DNA of 64,000 nt from Bacteroidales bacterium (GTDB lineage: Bacteria; Bacteroidota; Bacteroidia; Bacteroidales; F082): contig CAAGIO010000019.1 of the NCBI GenBank assembly GCA_900769945.1, positions 16,414 to 80,413 on the forward strand, given 5' to 3'. Made by a program: the position numbers and the translations under genes. Numbering within the stretch: the stretch's first letter is position 1; each line of letters starts with the position of its first letter. Under the pieces are notes generated by a model. The model was not told the origin of the DNA, did not search any database, and saw nothing but the letters and a program-made list of their open reading frames with translations. Positions 1 to 10,596 of this stretch are shown piece by piece.

Positions 1-408
1 AAACTCCTTAACAACCCGACAAAGATTCTCGGCTATAAGAACCCTGACGACCCGCGCGACCCGAAGAACGGCTGCGTGGTGGGTATCGAGTGCATCCGTA
101 TGGAGCTCGGCGAGCCTGACGCTAAAGGCCGCCGCCGCCCAATAGAAGTGCCAGGCAGCGAGTTCACAATGGACTGCGACACCGTCATCATGGCTCTCGG
201 CACATCTCCTAACCCTCTCATCAAAGACACAACAAAGGGCCTCGAGGTTAACGACCATGGCGGAATCATCGTCAACGAAGACGCCCTCACCTCAAGAGAA
301 GGCGTATATGCCGGCGGCGATGCCGTGACAGGCGCAGCAACAGTAATCCTTGCAATGGGTGCAGGTAAGAATGCAGCCCGCGCAATAGATGAATACCTTA
401 GCAAATAA
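1..408 (+). CDS. C-terminal part of an FAD/NAD(P)-binding oxidoreductase (glutamate synthase small-subunit / SudA-like); 5' end lies outside the window
   Basis: The frame stays open from position 1. The C-terminus reads ...VYAGGDAVTGAATVILAMGAGKNAARAIDEYL, the typical FAD-binding end of GltD-like pyridine nucleotide-disulfide oxidoreductases. The ORF track only lists the part starting at the internal Met (76). Confidence 0.6.
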   Translation, partial: KLLNNPTKILGYKNPDDPRDPKNGCVVGIECIRMELGEPDAKGRRRPIEVPGSEFTMDCDTVIMALGTSPNPLIKDTTKGLEVNDHGGIIVNEDALTSREGVYAGGDAVTGAATVILAMGAGKNAARAIDEYLSK

Positions 409-477
409 TAAATCATTCTTAATGACTGTTGGCTGTTGGAACCCCAATAGCCAATGGTCATTTTTAAAAGTAATACT

Positions 478-1356
478 ATGAGAATCGCGTTATACGGTAA
501 AGCATTTGAATCAGGAAAAGAGGAGTTCGTTAAGGAAATAATAAATGTTCTTTATGGCGCAGGCGCGGAAATTTCCATTTATAGGCCGTTTATCGGCAAT
601 ATTATTAACTGCCTCGGTGAAGATATAGCCTACCACACTTTCGACGGATACTCACAGCTGAAGGGTAACGCTGACGTGCTCTTCTCCTTCGGCGGCGACG
701 GCACGGTGCTCGACTGTGTCCCACTGGTAAGAGACAGCGAAATACCTGTCTTCGGCATAAACCTCGGCCGCCTCGGATTCCTCTCAAGCGTCTCTTTCGA
801 CGAGACTTTAGACGCAGTGAGGAATATCCTCGACGGCAACTTTGATGTTGAACCTCGCTCAATGGTACAGATTGTCGGCAGCGAGGTGCTTTTCGATGGA
901 ATAAACTACGGTCTGAACGAAGTAAGCATTCTTCACAGGACTTACGACAGCCTTATTGAAGTGCATGTCTTCGTCGATGACAGACTGCTCAATATATATT
1001 GGTGCGACGGCGTGCTGCTGTCAACTCCTACCGGCTCGACAGCCTACTCCCTTAGCGCGGGAGGCCCTATTATGGCACCAAACACTGACAGCTTCCTTAT
1101 CACCCCAATAGCTGCTCATAACCTTAGCATGCGCCCTATCGTCATATCCGACAAAAGCCGCGTCAGGATAAAGGTGGAAGGCCGCTGCGACAACTACGCT
1201 CTTGGCATCGACTCAAGGATAAAACTTGTTGACAAATCCTTCGAGTTCGAGATAATGAAGGCTGATTTCTGCTTTAAGATTGTAAAAATGCACGATAGCG
1301 ATTTCTTCAGCACTGTGAGAAGCAAACTCCTCTGGGGAAATGACGTGAGAAACTAA
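478..1356 (+). CDS. nadK: NAD(+) kinase
   Basis: GGDGTVL motif (FSFGGDGTVLD) and an NEVS-type motif, about 290 aa. The likely start is MRIALYG, downstream of the first ATG of the ORF. Confidence 0.85.
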   Translation: MRIALYGKAFESGKEEFVKEIINVLYGAGAEISIYRPFIGNIINCLGEDIAYHTFDGYSQLKGNADVLFSFGGDGTVLDCVPLVRDSEIPVFGINLGRLGFLSSVSFDETLDAVRNILDGNFDVEPRSMVQIVGSEVLFDGINYGLNEVSILHRTYDSLIEVHVFVDDRLLNIYWCDGVLLSTPTGSTAYSLSAGGPIMAPNTDSFLITPIAAHNLSMRPIVISDKSRVRIKVEGRCDNYALGIDSRIKLVDKSFEFEIMKADFCFKIVKMHDSDFFSTVRSKLLWGNDVRN

Positions 1357-1370
1357 AAACTGTTGTACAA

Positions 1371-2492
1371 TTGAAAATAGCTGTAAATACTCGTTTGCTG
1401 TTGAAAGACAAACTCGAAGGGATAGGCTGGGTCGCCTATGAGACCCTCAGCCGCATAGTGAAGGCTCACCCCGAAGTAGAGTTCTATTTCTTCTTCGATA
1501 GAAAACCTGACCCGAAATTCATATTTGCAGATAATGTCAAGCCTGTCGTTCTTTTCCCTCAAGCTCGACACCCCTTCCTTTATATCATCTTCTTCGAGAT
1601 ATCTGTCGCACGCGCTCTCCGTAAGTTGAAGCCGGACCTATATGTCTCGACAGACGCTTACCTGAGCCTCCGCTCAAAGACTCCTCAACTCGCTGTGTTC
1701 CACGATATTAACTTTGAACACTTCCCTCAAGACTTCCCACGCGTCGCATTATGGCACTATAAGACGTTCTTCCATAGATACGCCAAGAAGGCTAAAGGCA
1801 TCATTACAGTGTCGGAGTTCTCCAAACAAGATATCGTTGATAATTACCATGTTGACCCCGATAAGGTCAGTGTGGTATATAACGGAGCGAACGAGGGCTT
1901 CGTCCCTCTGCCGGAAGAGGAGAAAGCTAAGGTGAGAGATAAATATACCAACGGCAGCCCTTATTTCATGTTCGTAGGCTCCCTGCACCCAAGGAAGAAC
2001 CTCGTCCGCCTGTTCCCCGCCTTCGATACTTTTAAGGAAAGGACAGGCTCCGACGCTAAGCTGCTTATCGTGGGTGAGAAACGCTGGTGGACCAACGAGA
2101 TACAGTCGGCTTACGACTCTTTGAGACATAAGTCAGACGTGGTGTTCACAGGGCACCTCAATATGAAGGAGCTGAACCGCGTGACGGCAGCCGCCCTCGC
2201 CTCGGTGTATGTCTCTTATTTCGAGGGTTTCGGCATCCCTATCATCGAGGCCTACAAATGCGATGTCCCGGTGATAACGTCAAACGTGACGTCAATGCCG
2301 GAGGTTGCCGGCGATGGAGCCCTGCTCGTCAACCCTTTCGATGTGGAGTCGATAGCCGACGGCCTCACCAAGATGCTCGACGCCGATGTGCGACAACACT
2401 ATATTATTAAAGGTAGGAAGAGAAGAGACGACTTCTCATGGGATAAGGCCGCGGAAGGCTGGTGGAAGATAATTAATGATTTAACTATATGA
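1371..2492 (+). CDS. Glycosyltransferase family 4 (GT-B, group 1)
   Basis: C-terminal EGFGIPIIEAYKCDVPVITSNVTSMPEVAGDGALLVNP matches the GT4 EX7E-type region. The stop overlaps the purD start (ATGA). Confidence 0.8.
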   Translation: MKIAVNTRLLLKDKLEGIGWVAYETLSRIVKAHPEVEFYFFFDRKPDPKFIFADNVKPVVLFPQARHPFLYIIFFEISVARALRKLKPDLYVSTDAYLSLRSKTPQLAVFHDINFEHFPQDFPRVALWHYKTFFHRYAKKAKGIITVSEFSKQDIVDNYHVDPDKVSVVYNGANEGFVPLPEEEKAKVRDKYTNGSPYFMFVGSLHPRKNLVRLFPAFDTFKERTGSDAKLLIVGEKRWWTNEIQSAYDSLRHKSDVVFTGHLNMKELNRVTAAALASVYVSYFEGFGIPIIEAYKCDVPVITSNVTSMPEVAGDGALLVNPFDVESIADGLTKMLDADVRQHYIIKGRKRRDDFSWDKAAEGWWKIINDLTI

Positions 2493-3772
2493 AAATTCTT
2501 ATTTTAGGCTCTGGTGGCCGCGAACATGCTCTCGCATGGAAAATAGCTCAAAGTGAAATGGTGTCGGAGGTCTTTGTCGCCCCGGGTAACGCAGGCACCG
2601 CCTCGATAGGTGTTAATGTCCCTATCAATATCGCCGATTTTGACGCAGTGAAGAAGACGGTGCTTGATAATGACATTGATATGGTCGTCGTTGGACCGGA
2701 ACAGCCTCTCGTTGACGGCGTCGTCGATTTCTTCAAGGCAGACCCTCTGCTGAAAGAAAAGAAAATCATAGGCCCTGACAAACGTGGCGCACAGCTTGAA
2801 GGCAGTAAGGCCTTCGCCAAACTCTTCATGGAGAAATACCATATCCCGACAGCCGCCTGCTTTACCGTGACAAAAGACAACCTGCAGGAAGGCGTCAGTT
2901 ACCTCTCCACCCTCAAACCGCCTTTCGTCTTGAAAGCTGATGGCCTCGCCGCCGGTAAAGGCGTGCTGATCATCAACGACCTCGATGAGGCAAAGAAAGA
3001 ACTGTCTGAGATGCTCTCCGGCAAGTTCGGCGACGCCTCGGCAAAGGTAGTGATAGAGACTTTCTTGAAAGGCATAGAGGTGTCGATGTTCGTCCTCACC
3101 GACGGCTCCGACTATGTGATTCTGCCTGAAGCTAAAGACTATAAGCGCATCGGCGATGGTGACCAAGGCCTTAACACCGGCGGCATGGGCGCTGTGTCTC
3201 CTGTGCCTTTCGTTGACTCTGCCTTCATCGAGAAGGTGGAGTCGAGGATTATCAAGCCTACTATCCAAGGACTGAAAGAGGAGAATATCGACTATAAGGG
3301 CTTTATCTTCCTCGGATTGATGAACTGTGGCGGCGACCCTTATGTTATCGAATATAACGTCAGGATGGGCGACCCGGAGACCGAGGGCGTTATGACACGT
3401 ATCAACTCCGACCTCGCTAAGCTGCTGTCCGACTGCGCCGACGGCAAACTACGGGACTCGGAATTCCGTATTAGCCCCGATACCTCCGTCACTGTCATGC
3501 TCGTCTCAGGCGGATACCCCGAACATTATCAGAAAGGCATGGTGATGAGCGGATTAGATGATGTGGAGGATGATGTCGTCCTCGCTCATGCAGGCACTAA
3601 ACTTGACGAGAACGCTGACGTCGTGACCGCTGGCGGCCGTGTCATCGCTGTCACCGCCCTCGGCCCTGACATCACTCAGGCAAGAAAGAAAGCATACGAG
3701 AACGCTGCTAAAATATCTTTCAACGGTGTTTACTACCGCCACGATATCGGTCTCGACCTTCTAAATATCTGA
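2489..3772 (+). CDS. purD: Phosphoribosylamine--glycine ligase
   Basis: N-terminus MKILILGSGGREHALAWKIAQS and ATP-grasp motifs; 427 aa is typical for PurD. Confidence 0.93.
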   Translation: MKILILGSGGREHALAWKIAQSEMVSEVFVAPGNAGTASIGVNVPINIADFDAVKKTVLDNDIDMVVVGPEQPLVDGVVDFFKADPLLKEKKIIGPDKRGAQLEGSKAFAKLFMEKYHIPTAACFTVTKDNLQEGVSYLSTLKPPFVLKADGLAAGKGVLIINDLDEAKKELSEMLSGKFGDASAKVVIETFLKGIEVSMFVLTDGSDYVILPEAKDYKRIGDGDQGLNTGGMGAVSPVPFVDSAFIEKVESRIIKPTIQGLKEENIDYKGFIFLGLMNCGGDPYVIEYNVRMGDPETEGVMTRINSDLAKLLSDCADGKLRDSEFRISPDTSVTVMLVSGGYPEHYQKGMVMSGLDDVEDDVVLAHAGTKLDENADVVTAGGRVIAVTALGPDITQARKKAYENAAKISFNGVYYRHDIGLDLLNI

Positions 3773-4764
3773 TGATAAGATTTTTTCGTCATAGCTATCT
3801 CCAACAGCTGATAGCCATAGTGCTCCTCGTCTTAGTGCTATGGCTCCCGTCCTTTTTTTCTCCTTCATCTGCCGCTGACTTCCTAAACCCGGCAACACCT
3901 CTTTATAATCTCTTCGCAAGATTGCTGGCATTCTCGCCCACGCTGATGAAGGTGTTCGCCTTATTAGTATTCATCGTCTCGGCTTTCTTATTCAACTCAA
4001 TGCTCTCCGTCAACCTTCTCGTGACACGGAACAGCAGCCTCGGCTCCTTGATGTTCACAATTCTCTTATGCTTCACGCCAGAACAATGCGATTTCTATCC
4101 GTTCCTGCTCTCTGTACCACTGATAATGATGGCTATACAGACGATGTGTCTGCTTTATCAGGAGGAAAAGTCGGAGCCATACCTAATGAATTGCGGCGTC
4201 TTCATCTCAATAGCGTCGATGATTTATTTCCCTTCGGCGTTTCTTGTCGTCTGGATGATTCTCGCCATGGTGACGATGAAGTTCAAAAGCGAGCGTCTGT
4301 ACATCATTCCCGTTTTTGGATTCCTGATGCCTTACGCCGTACTTTTCGCAATATGTTATTTCACAAGGACTTTGCCGGATTCCGTTGAAGCCTATACCGC
4401 CGCCTTCTCAAGTTTGTTCTCCGGAATGTCAGGACTTAATACTAAGGATGTGGTGATATTTGCCTTTTTCGGAGTGCTGCTTCTTCTGTCGGTGCCGCTC
4501 ATCAGGTCGGGAAATATTGTGAACTCCATTCAGACGAGGAAGAAATACGGGGTGACGATGATACTCTTGGTGTTCGGCATTGTGATGTTGTTCGTGCCAG
4601 GCCCCGTGTATTGTAACGGGTTGTTTTTCTTTGTGATGGCAGTCATTACTGCTATGGCGTTGTCAGATGTGAAGAAGACGAGGATTGCAGATGCACTGCT
4701 GCTGATAATGATATTGGCGGCTGTCACTAACCAGTATTTGCCATTAATAAAAAAGATGATATGA
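3772..4764 (+). CDS. Polytopic inner-membrane protein of unknown function
   Basis: 330 aa with about 9-10 hydrophobic helices ([25 protein letters not shown], and others). The start overlaps the purD stop (TGATG) and the stop overlaps the rnhB start, which suggests translational coupling. Confidence 0.6.
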   Translation: MIRFFRHSYLQQLIAIVLLVLVLWLPSFFSPSSAADFLNPATPLYNLFARLLAFSPTLMKVFALLVFIVSAFLFNSMLSVNLLVTRNSSLGSLMFTILLCFTPEQCDFYPFLLSVPLIMMAIQTMCLLYQEEKSEPYLMNCGVFISIASMIYFPSAFLVVWMILAMVTMKFKSERLYIIPVFGFLMPYAVLFAICYFTRTLPDSVEAYTAAFSSLFSGMSGLNTKDVVIFAFFGVLLLLSVPLIRSGNIVNSIQTRKKYGVTMILLVFGIVMLFVPGPVYCNGLFFFVMAVITAMALSDVKKTRIADALLLIMILAAVTNQYLPLIKKMI

Positions 4765-5357
4765 GTCTGATACCATGTTTTTCTGACGATAAGATTGAGG
4801 CGGGATGTGATGAGGTCGGCCGTGGCTGTATAGCGGGACCCGTTGTGGCGGCGGCAGTGATACTCCCGCGAGGGAAAGACTTCCCGGAATTTAATGACTC
4901 GAAGAAACTCACTGAGCGTCAAAGGGAGAGACTTCGCGGTATTGTCATGGATAATGCTGTTGCATGCGGGATTGGGGTGGTGTCGGCACAGGAGATTGAC
5001 GAGATAAACATCCTCAACGCCTCATTTCTCGCTATGCACCGCGCCATCGACGCGCTGAAGGTGCGCCCCGAAATGCTCCTGATAGACGGCAACCGCTTCA
5101 ACCCTTACAGAGACGTCCCATATAAATGCGTCGTGGGCGGCGACGCAAAATATCAGGCTATAGCAGCTGCCTCGATATTGGCGAAGACCACCCGTGACCA
5201 TATCATGCTGGAACTTGACACTCAATACCCTAACTATAATTGGAAAAAGAACAAGGGATACCCTACCGTCGAACATAAAAAGGCGGTGCACGATTTCGGA
5301 GTCACTCCTTATCACAGGATGACCTTTAATATGTCGATACAACTTGAATTGTTTTAA
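4761..5357 (+). CDS. rnhB: Ribonuclease HII
   Basis: [21 protein letters not shown] is the catalytic-site motif of RNase HII; 198 aa. Confidence 0.9.
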   Translation: MSLIPCFSDDKIEAGCDEVGRGCIAGPVVAAAVILPRGKDFPEFNDSKKLTERQRERLRGIVMDNAVACGIGVVSAQEIDEINILNASFLAMHRAIDALKVRPEMLLIDGNRFNPYRDVPYKCVVGGDAKYQAIAAASILAKTTRDHIMLELDTQYPNYNWKKNKGYPTVEHKKAVHDFGVTPYHRMTFNMSIQLELF

Positions 5358-5368
5358 AGAAAGAGGAG

Positions 5369-6289
5369 ATGATAGATTTGACTGACGTTTTGGTGGTTGG
5401 AGTCACCGCGAGGGCACTCTTCAATTTGGAGAAAGAGAACGAGATTTTTGAGAGAGAAGGGGTGAGGAGATACCGTGAGTATCAAGATGCGAACCAAGAT
5501 GTCCCGCTTGAGGTGGGCACGGCGTTCTATCTTGTGAAAAGTCTCTTGAACCTTAACAACATAGCCAACAAGCCGGTGGTGGAGGTCGTGGTGATGTCGA
5601 GGAACAGCCCTGAGACGGGGATCCGTATCCTCAAGTCTATTGAGAAGCACGGTCTTGACATCACGCGTCTTGCGTTCACCGGCGGTGAGCCCATGTCGCC
5701 CTATATCGATGCCTTCGGCGTTGACCTGTTCCTCTCGAAAGACGAGAAGAGCGTGCAGGCCGTCATCGACTCGCAAAGCAACTGTGCCGCCGCGCTCATC
5801 TACGAGCCTCCTGTGGGCTTCAACGCTGACGACAACAAGGTTAAGATAGCCTTTGATGCTGACGCTGTGTTGTTCTCGGAAGAGGCCGAGCTGCTGTATA
5901 AGAAGAACGGGATAGAGTTCTTCCACAGGTATGAGGACGAGCATAAAGACGTGCCGCTCCCTGAAGGTCCTTTCGCAAAGCTGCTGATGAAGCTGTCGAA
6001 GATACAGTCGTGCCTCCCCGTCGCCGTGGAGGAGTCGCCGTTGCGCCTCGCCATCGTCTCCGCACGCAGCGCACCCGCCCACATGAGGGTCATCAACACC
6101 CTCAAGAAATGGGGCGTCTATGTCAACGAGGTGTATTTCCTCGGCGGAATGCCGAAAGACAAGGTGCTGAAGGCCTTCGGCGCACAGATCTTCTTCGACG
6201 ACCAAGAGTGCCACCTGCAGTCATCAAGCCGCGTGGTGCCTTCAGGCAGAGTGCCTTACTCCTCCGACTCCCCAATGAATAACCTTTAA
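5369..6289 (+). CDS. Cytosolic 5'-nucleotidase 1A-like (PF06189-type) protein
   Basis: I recognise it as the bacterial 5'-nucleotidase cN-IA family from the LAIVSARSAPAHMRVINTLKKWGV and IFFDDQ motifs; about 300 aa. This is from memory and no search was run. Confidence 0.5.
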   Translation: MIDLTDVLVVGVTARALFNLEKENEIFEREGVRRYREYQDANQDVPLEVGTAFYLVKSLLNLNNIANKPVVEVVVMSRNSPETGIRILKSIEKHGLDITRLAFTGGEPMSPYIDAFGVDLFLSKDEKSVQAVIDSQSNCAAALIYEPPVGFNADDNKVKIAFDADAVLFSEEAELLYKKNGIEFFHRYEDEHKDVPLPEGPFAKLLMKLSKIQSCLPVAVEESPLRLAIVSARSAPAHMRVINTLKKWGVYVNEVYFLGGMPKDKVLKAFGAQIFFDDQECHLQSSSRVVPSGRVPYSSDSPMNNL

Positions 6290-6354
6290 CAGCTTTTTTT
6301 TACAAAACAAAACATATTACGTTTTTTCACGTTCTAAAAATAAATCTTTTCATT

Positions 6355-7911
6355 ATGACTAATGCACGTATCCTCTGGGCCGATGACGAGATAGAACTTC
6401 TCAAGCCCCATATATTATTTTTGGAACATAAAGGCTATGACGTCGTCGTCACAAACAACGGCAGCGACGCCATCGAGCTTGTGAGACAGCAACACTTTGA
6501 TATAGTGTTCCTTGACGAACAGATGCCCGGCATCTCCGGCGTAGAGACATTAGAGAAGATAAAGTCGGACTTCCCTAACCTCCCCGTCGTCATGATAACA
6601 AAAAGCGAGGAGGAAAGCATCATGGAGGACGCTATCGGAAGCAATATCGCCGACTATCTCATCAAACCCGTGAACCCTAACCAGATTCTCCTCTCCCTGA
6701 AACGTAACCTCGAAAATAAAAAACTCGTGGATGAGAAGTCAACATCCAAATACCAGCAGGAGTTCCTGAAGATTGGCATGGACCTTAACAACAACCTCGA
6801 CTTCAACGAGTGGATCTCTGTCTATAAAAACCTTACACGCTGGGAGCTTGAACTCCAGAAAACCGCTGACGAGGGTATCAAAGAGGTGTTCTCCCTTCAG
6901 AAGCAGGAGGCCAACAACATCTTCTCGCGCTATGTGGAACGCAACTATAGCGACTGGGTGTCGGGACGCTGCGAACGCAAACCTGTTCTCTCTCATAACG
7001 TGGTGCGTGAGAAACTCCTTCCTCGTATCACCGACGACAACAAGCCTGTCTTCTTCATCTTGATAGACAACCTTCGTTACGACCAATGGAAGGCTATTCA
7101 GCCGATAGTGGAGAACTATTTCCGTGTGGAAGACGACAGCATCTATTACAGCATCTTGCCTACGACGACACAATATGCGAGAAACGCCATCTTCGCCGGC
7201 CTGATGCCCCTTGAGATTCGACGCCGCTTCCCAGCCTATTGGATTGATGAAGACGACGAGGGCACAAAAAACCAATATGAGGGCGAGCTCCTCGGTGAAC
7301 AACTACGCAGATATGGCAAGAATATCAAATACTCTTATAATAAGGTGCTGAACCTCGCCGCAGGAAAGAAACTCTTCGAACAGATGAACAACCTGATGCA
7401 GAACAAACTCAACGTCATAGTGTATAACTTCGTGGATATGCTCTCTCACGCCCGTACCGAGATGGAGATTATCCGCGAACTCGCAGATGACGAACAAGCT
7501 TACCGCTCACTCATGGTGTCATGGTTCGAACACTCTTCCCTCTTCGATATGATGAAGTTCATCTCACAGAAAGGCTGCGACGTGGTGGTCACTACAGACC
7601 ATGGCTCCGTGTGGGTGAAAAACCCCGTGAAGATCTTAGGCGATAAGGCAGTGAATACCAACCTGAGATATAAATATGGCAAGTCGCTGAAATATAACCC
7701 GAAAGAGATGTTCGAGGTGAAAGACCCGGAGAAAATACTGCTCCCACGATATAACGTATCCACATCCTTCGTCTTCGCACGCTCTAACGACTTCTTCGCC
7801 TATCCTAACAACTATAACTATTATGTCAACTATTATCGGAACACCTTCCAGCATGGAGGCATCTCTATGAACGAGATGTTGATTCCTGTCGCTTATCTTA
7901 AGGCAAAATAA
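6355..7911 (+). CDS. porX: PorX-type response regulator: N-terminal CheY-like receiver plus C-terminal PglZ (alkaline-phosphatase-like) domain; T9SS regulator
   Basis: MTNARILWADDEIELLKPHILFLEHKGYDVVV with a phospho-acceptor in VFLDEQMPGISG (receiver). The C-terminal VVTTDHGSVWV is a PglZ motif. 518 aa, the same length as P. gingivalis PorX. Confidence 0.8.
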   Translation: MTNARILWADDEIELLKPHILFLEHKGYDVVVTNNGSDAIELVRQQHFDIVFLDEQMPGISGVETLEKIKSDFPNLPVVMITKSEEESIMEDAIGSNIADYLIKPVNPNQILLSLKRNLENKKLVDEKSTSKYQQEFLKIGMDLNNNLDFNEWISVYKNLTRWELELQKTADEGIKEVFSLQKQEANNIFSRYVERNYSDWVSGRCERKPVLSHNVVREKLLPRITDDNKPVFFILIDNLRYDQWKAIQPIVENYFRVEDDSIYYSILPTTTQYARNAIFAGLMPLEIRRRFPAYWIDEDDEGTKNQYEGELLGEQLRRYGKNIKYSYNKVLNLAAGKKLFEQMNNLMQNKLNVIVYNFVDMLSHARTEMEIIRELADDEQAYRSLMVSWFEHSSLFDMMKFISQKGCDVVVTTDHGSVWVKNPVKILGDKAVNTNLRYKYGKSLKYNPKEMFEVKDPEKILLPRYNVSTSFVFARSNDFFAYPNNYNYYVNYYRNTFQHGGISMNEMLIPVAYLKAK

Positions 7912-7913
7912 TT

Positions 7914-8342
7914 ATGAATATGGTTTTTGAAATAAATGGTGTGGATCAACTGACACAGGTGTCGGAACTGCTTATCAGCTGGCGCGATAAGTCGGATATC
8001 ATTGCTTTCTATGGACCTATGGGCGCCGGAAAAACCACCCTGATAAAGAACCTGTGCCACCAACTTGGCGTCTCCGACGAGGTGAACAGCCCTACCTTCG
8101 CCCTCGTAAACGAGTATCCTTCCATCAAGGAAAAGTCTATCTTCCACTTCGACTTCTATCGTATTAAGAAACTTGAGGAGGTCTTCGACATTGGTTATGA
8201 AGACTACTTCTATAGCGGTCACCTTTGCCTCATCGAATGGCCCGAGCTTATCGACCCGCTCATGCCGGAGCATTTTATCAAAGTATCTATCTCTTACGGG
8301 AAAAATGATGACGAGCGTGTCATCGAATGCTCTGTCGTCTAA
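7914..8342 (+). CDS. tsaE: tRNA threonylcarbamoyladenosine biosynthesis protein TsaE
   Basis: Walker A FYGPMGAGKTTLIKNL, 142 aa, YjeE family. It starts 3 nt after the porX stop. Confidence 0.85.
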   Translation: MNMVFEINGVDQLTQVSELLISWRDKSDIIAFYGPMGAGKTTLIKNLCHQLGVSDEVNSPTFALVNEYPSIKEKSIFHFDFYRIKKLEEVFDIGYEDYFYSGHLCLIEWPELIDPLMPEHFIKVSISYGKNDDERVIECSVV

Positions 8343-8360
8343 CTGCTTAACCTGACTGTT

Positions 8361-9389
8361 ATGTTGCTGTATCACAATGACTTCGGATACCTTGAAGAAA
8401 TCGTCTCCCGGCATTCGCGAACCTTCTTGCTGATGGACGACAACACCTTCAAGTACTGTCTCCCCATTTTCCTTGAGATGACAAGGGTGAGGGACTTCAT
8501 ACCTGTCGTGATACGGCCGGGAGAGCCATCGAAGAGCCTTGACACCGTCAGTGATGTCTGGCAATGCCTCGTGGAACATTATGCTGATAGGAATGCCTTG
8601 ATAATCAATCTCGGTGGGGGAGTTGTGTCCGATATCGGAGGCTTTGCCGCCTCATGCTATCAAAGAGGTGTTGACTTCGTCAATGTGCCTACCTCGCTGC
8701 TCTCAATGGTTGACGCGTCAATAGGTGGTAAGACGGGTATCGACTTTTGCGGACTGAAGAACCAAATCGGGACATTCTGTGAGCCCGCCGCTGTAATGAT
8801 AGCTCCCGAATTTCTCGATACTCTGCCTACTGAACAGATGCTCTCCGGCCTTGGAGAACTCGCCAAATATGGGTTTATTACCAATAGGTTACGCCTTGAG
8901 CCTTCTCTGCCCTTGGATTTTGAGTTAGTGAGAAACGCCGCCGAGTTTAAGATGGAAATCACATCCGTTGATAGCAAGGATAACGGCGTGAGGAAGGTGC
9001 TTAACTTCGGCCATACCGCCGGTCATGCCTTGGAGAGCATCCTCTCTTGCTCCCCTGCTCAACTGCTTCATGGTGAGGCTGTCGCACTTGGAATAATACC
9101 CGCACTCTTCCTCTCTAACCGCTATCGTGGCCTCGACATAACTCACCTTATTAATTATAGGCGTTATTATTATCGTCTTTTCAGGAAAATAAACCTCGAA
9201 AATATCAATATTGGAAAGCTGTTAGACATTATGCGCCACGATAAGAAAAATATCGATGGTAAAATACGGTTTGTGCTTCTTGAAGGTATCGGCTGCCCCG
9301 TCACTGATGTTGTCGTCACTGATGATGATATTATCGATTCTTTGTGCTATCTTATTGATTCTATGAGAGATGAAGGTTTCGGTCAGTAA
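8361..9389 (+). CDS. aroB: 3-dehydroquinate synthase
   Basis: GGGVVSDIGGFAASCYQRGVDFVNVPTSLLSMVDASIGGKTGIDF is the DHQ synthase NAD-binding signature. Confidence 0.9.
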   Translation: MLLYHNDFGYLEEIVSRHSRTFLLMDDNTFKYCLPIFLEMTRVRDFIPVVIRPGEPSKSLDTVSDVWQCLVEHYADRNALIINLGGGVVSDIGGFAASCYQRGVDFVNVPTSLLSMVDASIGGKTGIDFCGLKNQIGTFCEPAAVMIAPEFLDTLPTEQMLSGLGELAKYGFITNRLRLEPSLPLDFELVRNAAEFKMEITSVDSKDNGVRKVLNFGHTAGHALESILSCSPAQLLHGEAVALGIIPALFLSNRYRGLDITHLINYRRYYYRLFRKINLENINIGKLLDIMRHDKKNIDGKIRFVLLEGIGCPVTDVVVTDDDIIDSLCYLIDSMRDEGFGQ

Positions 9390-10596
9390 GCGTTCTTTCG
9401 ATGTGGAAGTCAACCTGCCGGGAAGCAAGAGTGAGAGCAATCGCGCCCTGATGATATGTTATTACGGTGGCTTCTCACCTGAAATACAGTGTCTTTCCCA
9501 TGCTGATGACACCGTGCTTCTTCAGAAAGTGCTGTCCGGTCTGAAGTGCGGGACGTCTGTCATCGATTGTGGTAACGCCGGCTCCGTCTGCAGGTTCGTC
9601 CTCACCGCTCTCGCTATGCGTGACACTGACACTCTCCTGACGGGAAGCGAACGTATGTTCAAACGCCCTATAGGTGGCTTAGTCAAGGTGCTGATGTCGC
9701 TTGGCTCGGATATATCTTATTGTAAGTCAGAGGGTTTTCTGCCTCTCTCTGTAAGAGGAGGAACACTCAGAGGAGGCGAGGTGTCTGTTGACGTGAGCGA
9801 GAGTTCACAGTTCGTCTCTTCCATAATGCTCGCCGCACCAATGCTCAACGGTGGGCTAAAGATTCATCTTGAAGGCCTAATATCTTCCCTACCTTATATT
9901 GATATGACCGCTGAAGTGATGCGCAGATACGGCGCAAAGGTTGAACGTGTGGGAAGAGAGGTCGTTGTTCATGGTGAGCCATATACAAACTGCCGTTATT
10001 CCGTTGAGCCTGACTGGAGTGCGGCGTCTTATTGGTTCGAGGCGGTGGCTCTCAGCAGGGGAGGACGGGCGTTGTTGAAGAACCTTGACACTGACACTTC
10101 CCAAGGTGACTCGGTGTTGACGGACATCTTCAGTGGTCTCGGAGTGAGTAGCAGGATGTGTGAAGGCGGCCTGCTGATAGAAAACAACGGCGCACCACTT
10201 GATTCTGTCTTCCGTTTTGATTTCTCTGATAATCCTGACTTGTTCCCTGCCGTTGCTGTTACCTGCGCGGGGTTGCAGGTGGAGGCGGTGTTTGAAGGGC
10301 TGCGAAACCTTTCAATAAAGGAGTCGGACAGGACCACGGTGATGATGGAGGAGCTGTCAAAGATTGGGGTGGAGATGGAGCGTTGTTCTGCCGATAGGCT
10401 GATTATCAAACCTCTCAGCTCTTTGCCTTATTTCACTGACGAAAGAGCTGTTGTCTTCGACTCCCATGATGACCACCGTATCGCAATGGCGTTGGCTCCT
10501 CTGTCGTTGAAGATAGGTTCCGTTGAGATAACGAATGCTGAAGCCGTATCAAAGTCTTATCCCGACTATTTTGATGAGTTAAGCAAGCTCGTCTAA
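9370..10596 (+). CDS. aroA: 3-phosphoshikimate 1-carboxyvinyltransferase (EPSP synthase)
   Basis: LPGSKSESNRALM motif, 408 aa. It overlaps the aroB 3' end by 20 nt. Confidence 0.9.
   Translation: MKVSVSKRSFDVEVNLPGSKSESNRALMICYYGGFSPEIQCLSHADDTVLLQKVLSGLKCGTSVIDCGNAGSVCRFVLTALAMRDTDTLLTGSERMFKRPIGGLVKVLMSLGSDISYCKSEGFLPLSVRGGTLRGGEVSVDVSESSQFVSSIMLAAPMLNGGLKIHLEGLISSLPYIDMTAEVMRRYGAKVERVGREVVVHGEPYTNCRYSVEPDWSAASYWFEAVALSRGGRALLKNLDTDTSQGDSVLTDIFSGLGVSSRMCEGGLLIENNGAPLDSVFRFDFSDNPDLFPAVAVTCAGLQVEAVFEGLRNLSIKESDRTTVMMEELSKIGVEMERCSADRLIIKPLSSLPYFTDERAVVFDSHDDHRIAMALAPLSLKIGSVEITNAEAVSKSYPDYFDELSKLV

Noticed and set aside
2504-3268. 254-aa ORF antisense to purD
   Set aside because: purD on the sense strand is unambiguous, and the antisense ORF has a low-complexity composition.
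5354-6214. 286-aa ORF antisense to the 5'-nucleotidase-like gene
   Set aside because: It overlaps a better-supported sense gene completely. It has a His/Arg/Leu/Val-rich low-complexity composition typical of antisense frames in GC-richer genes, and no motif.
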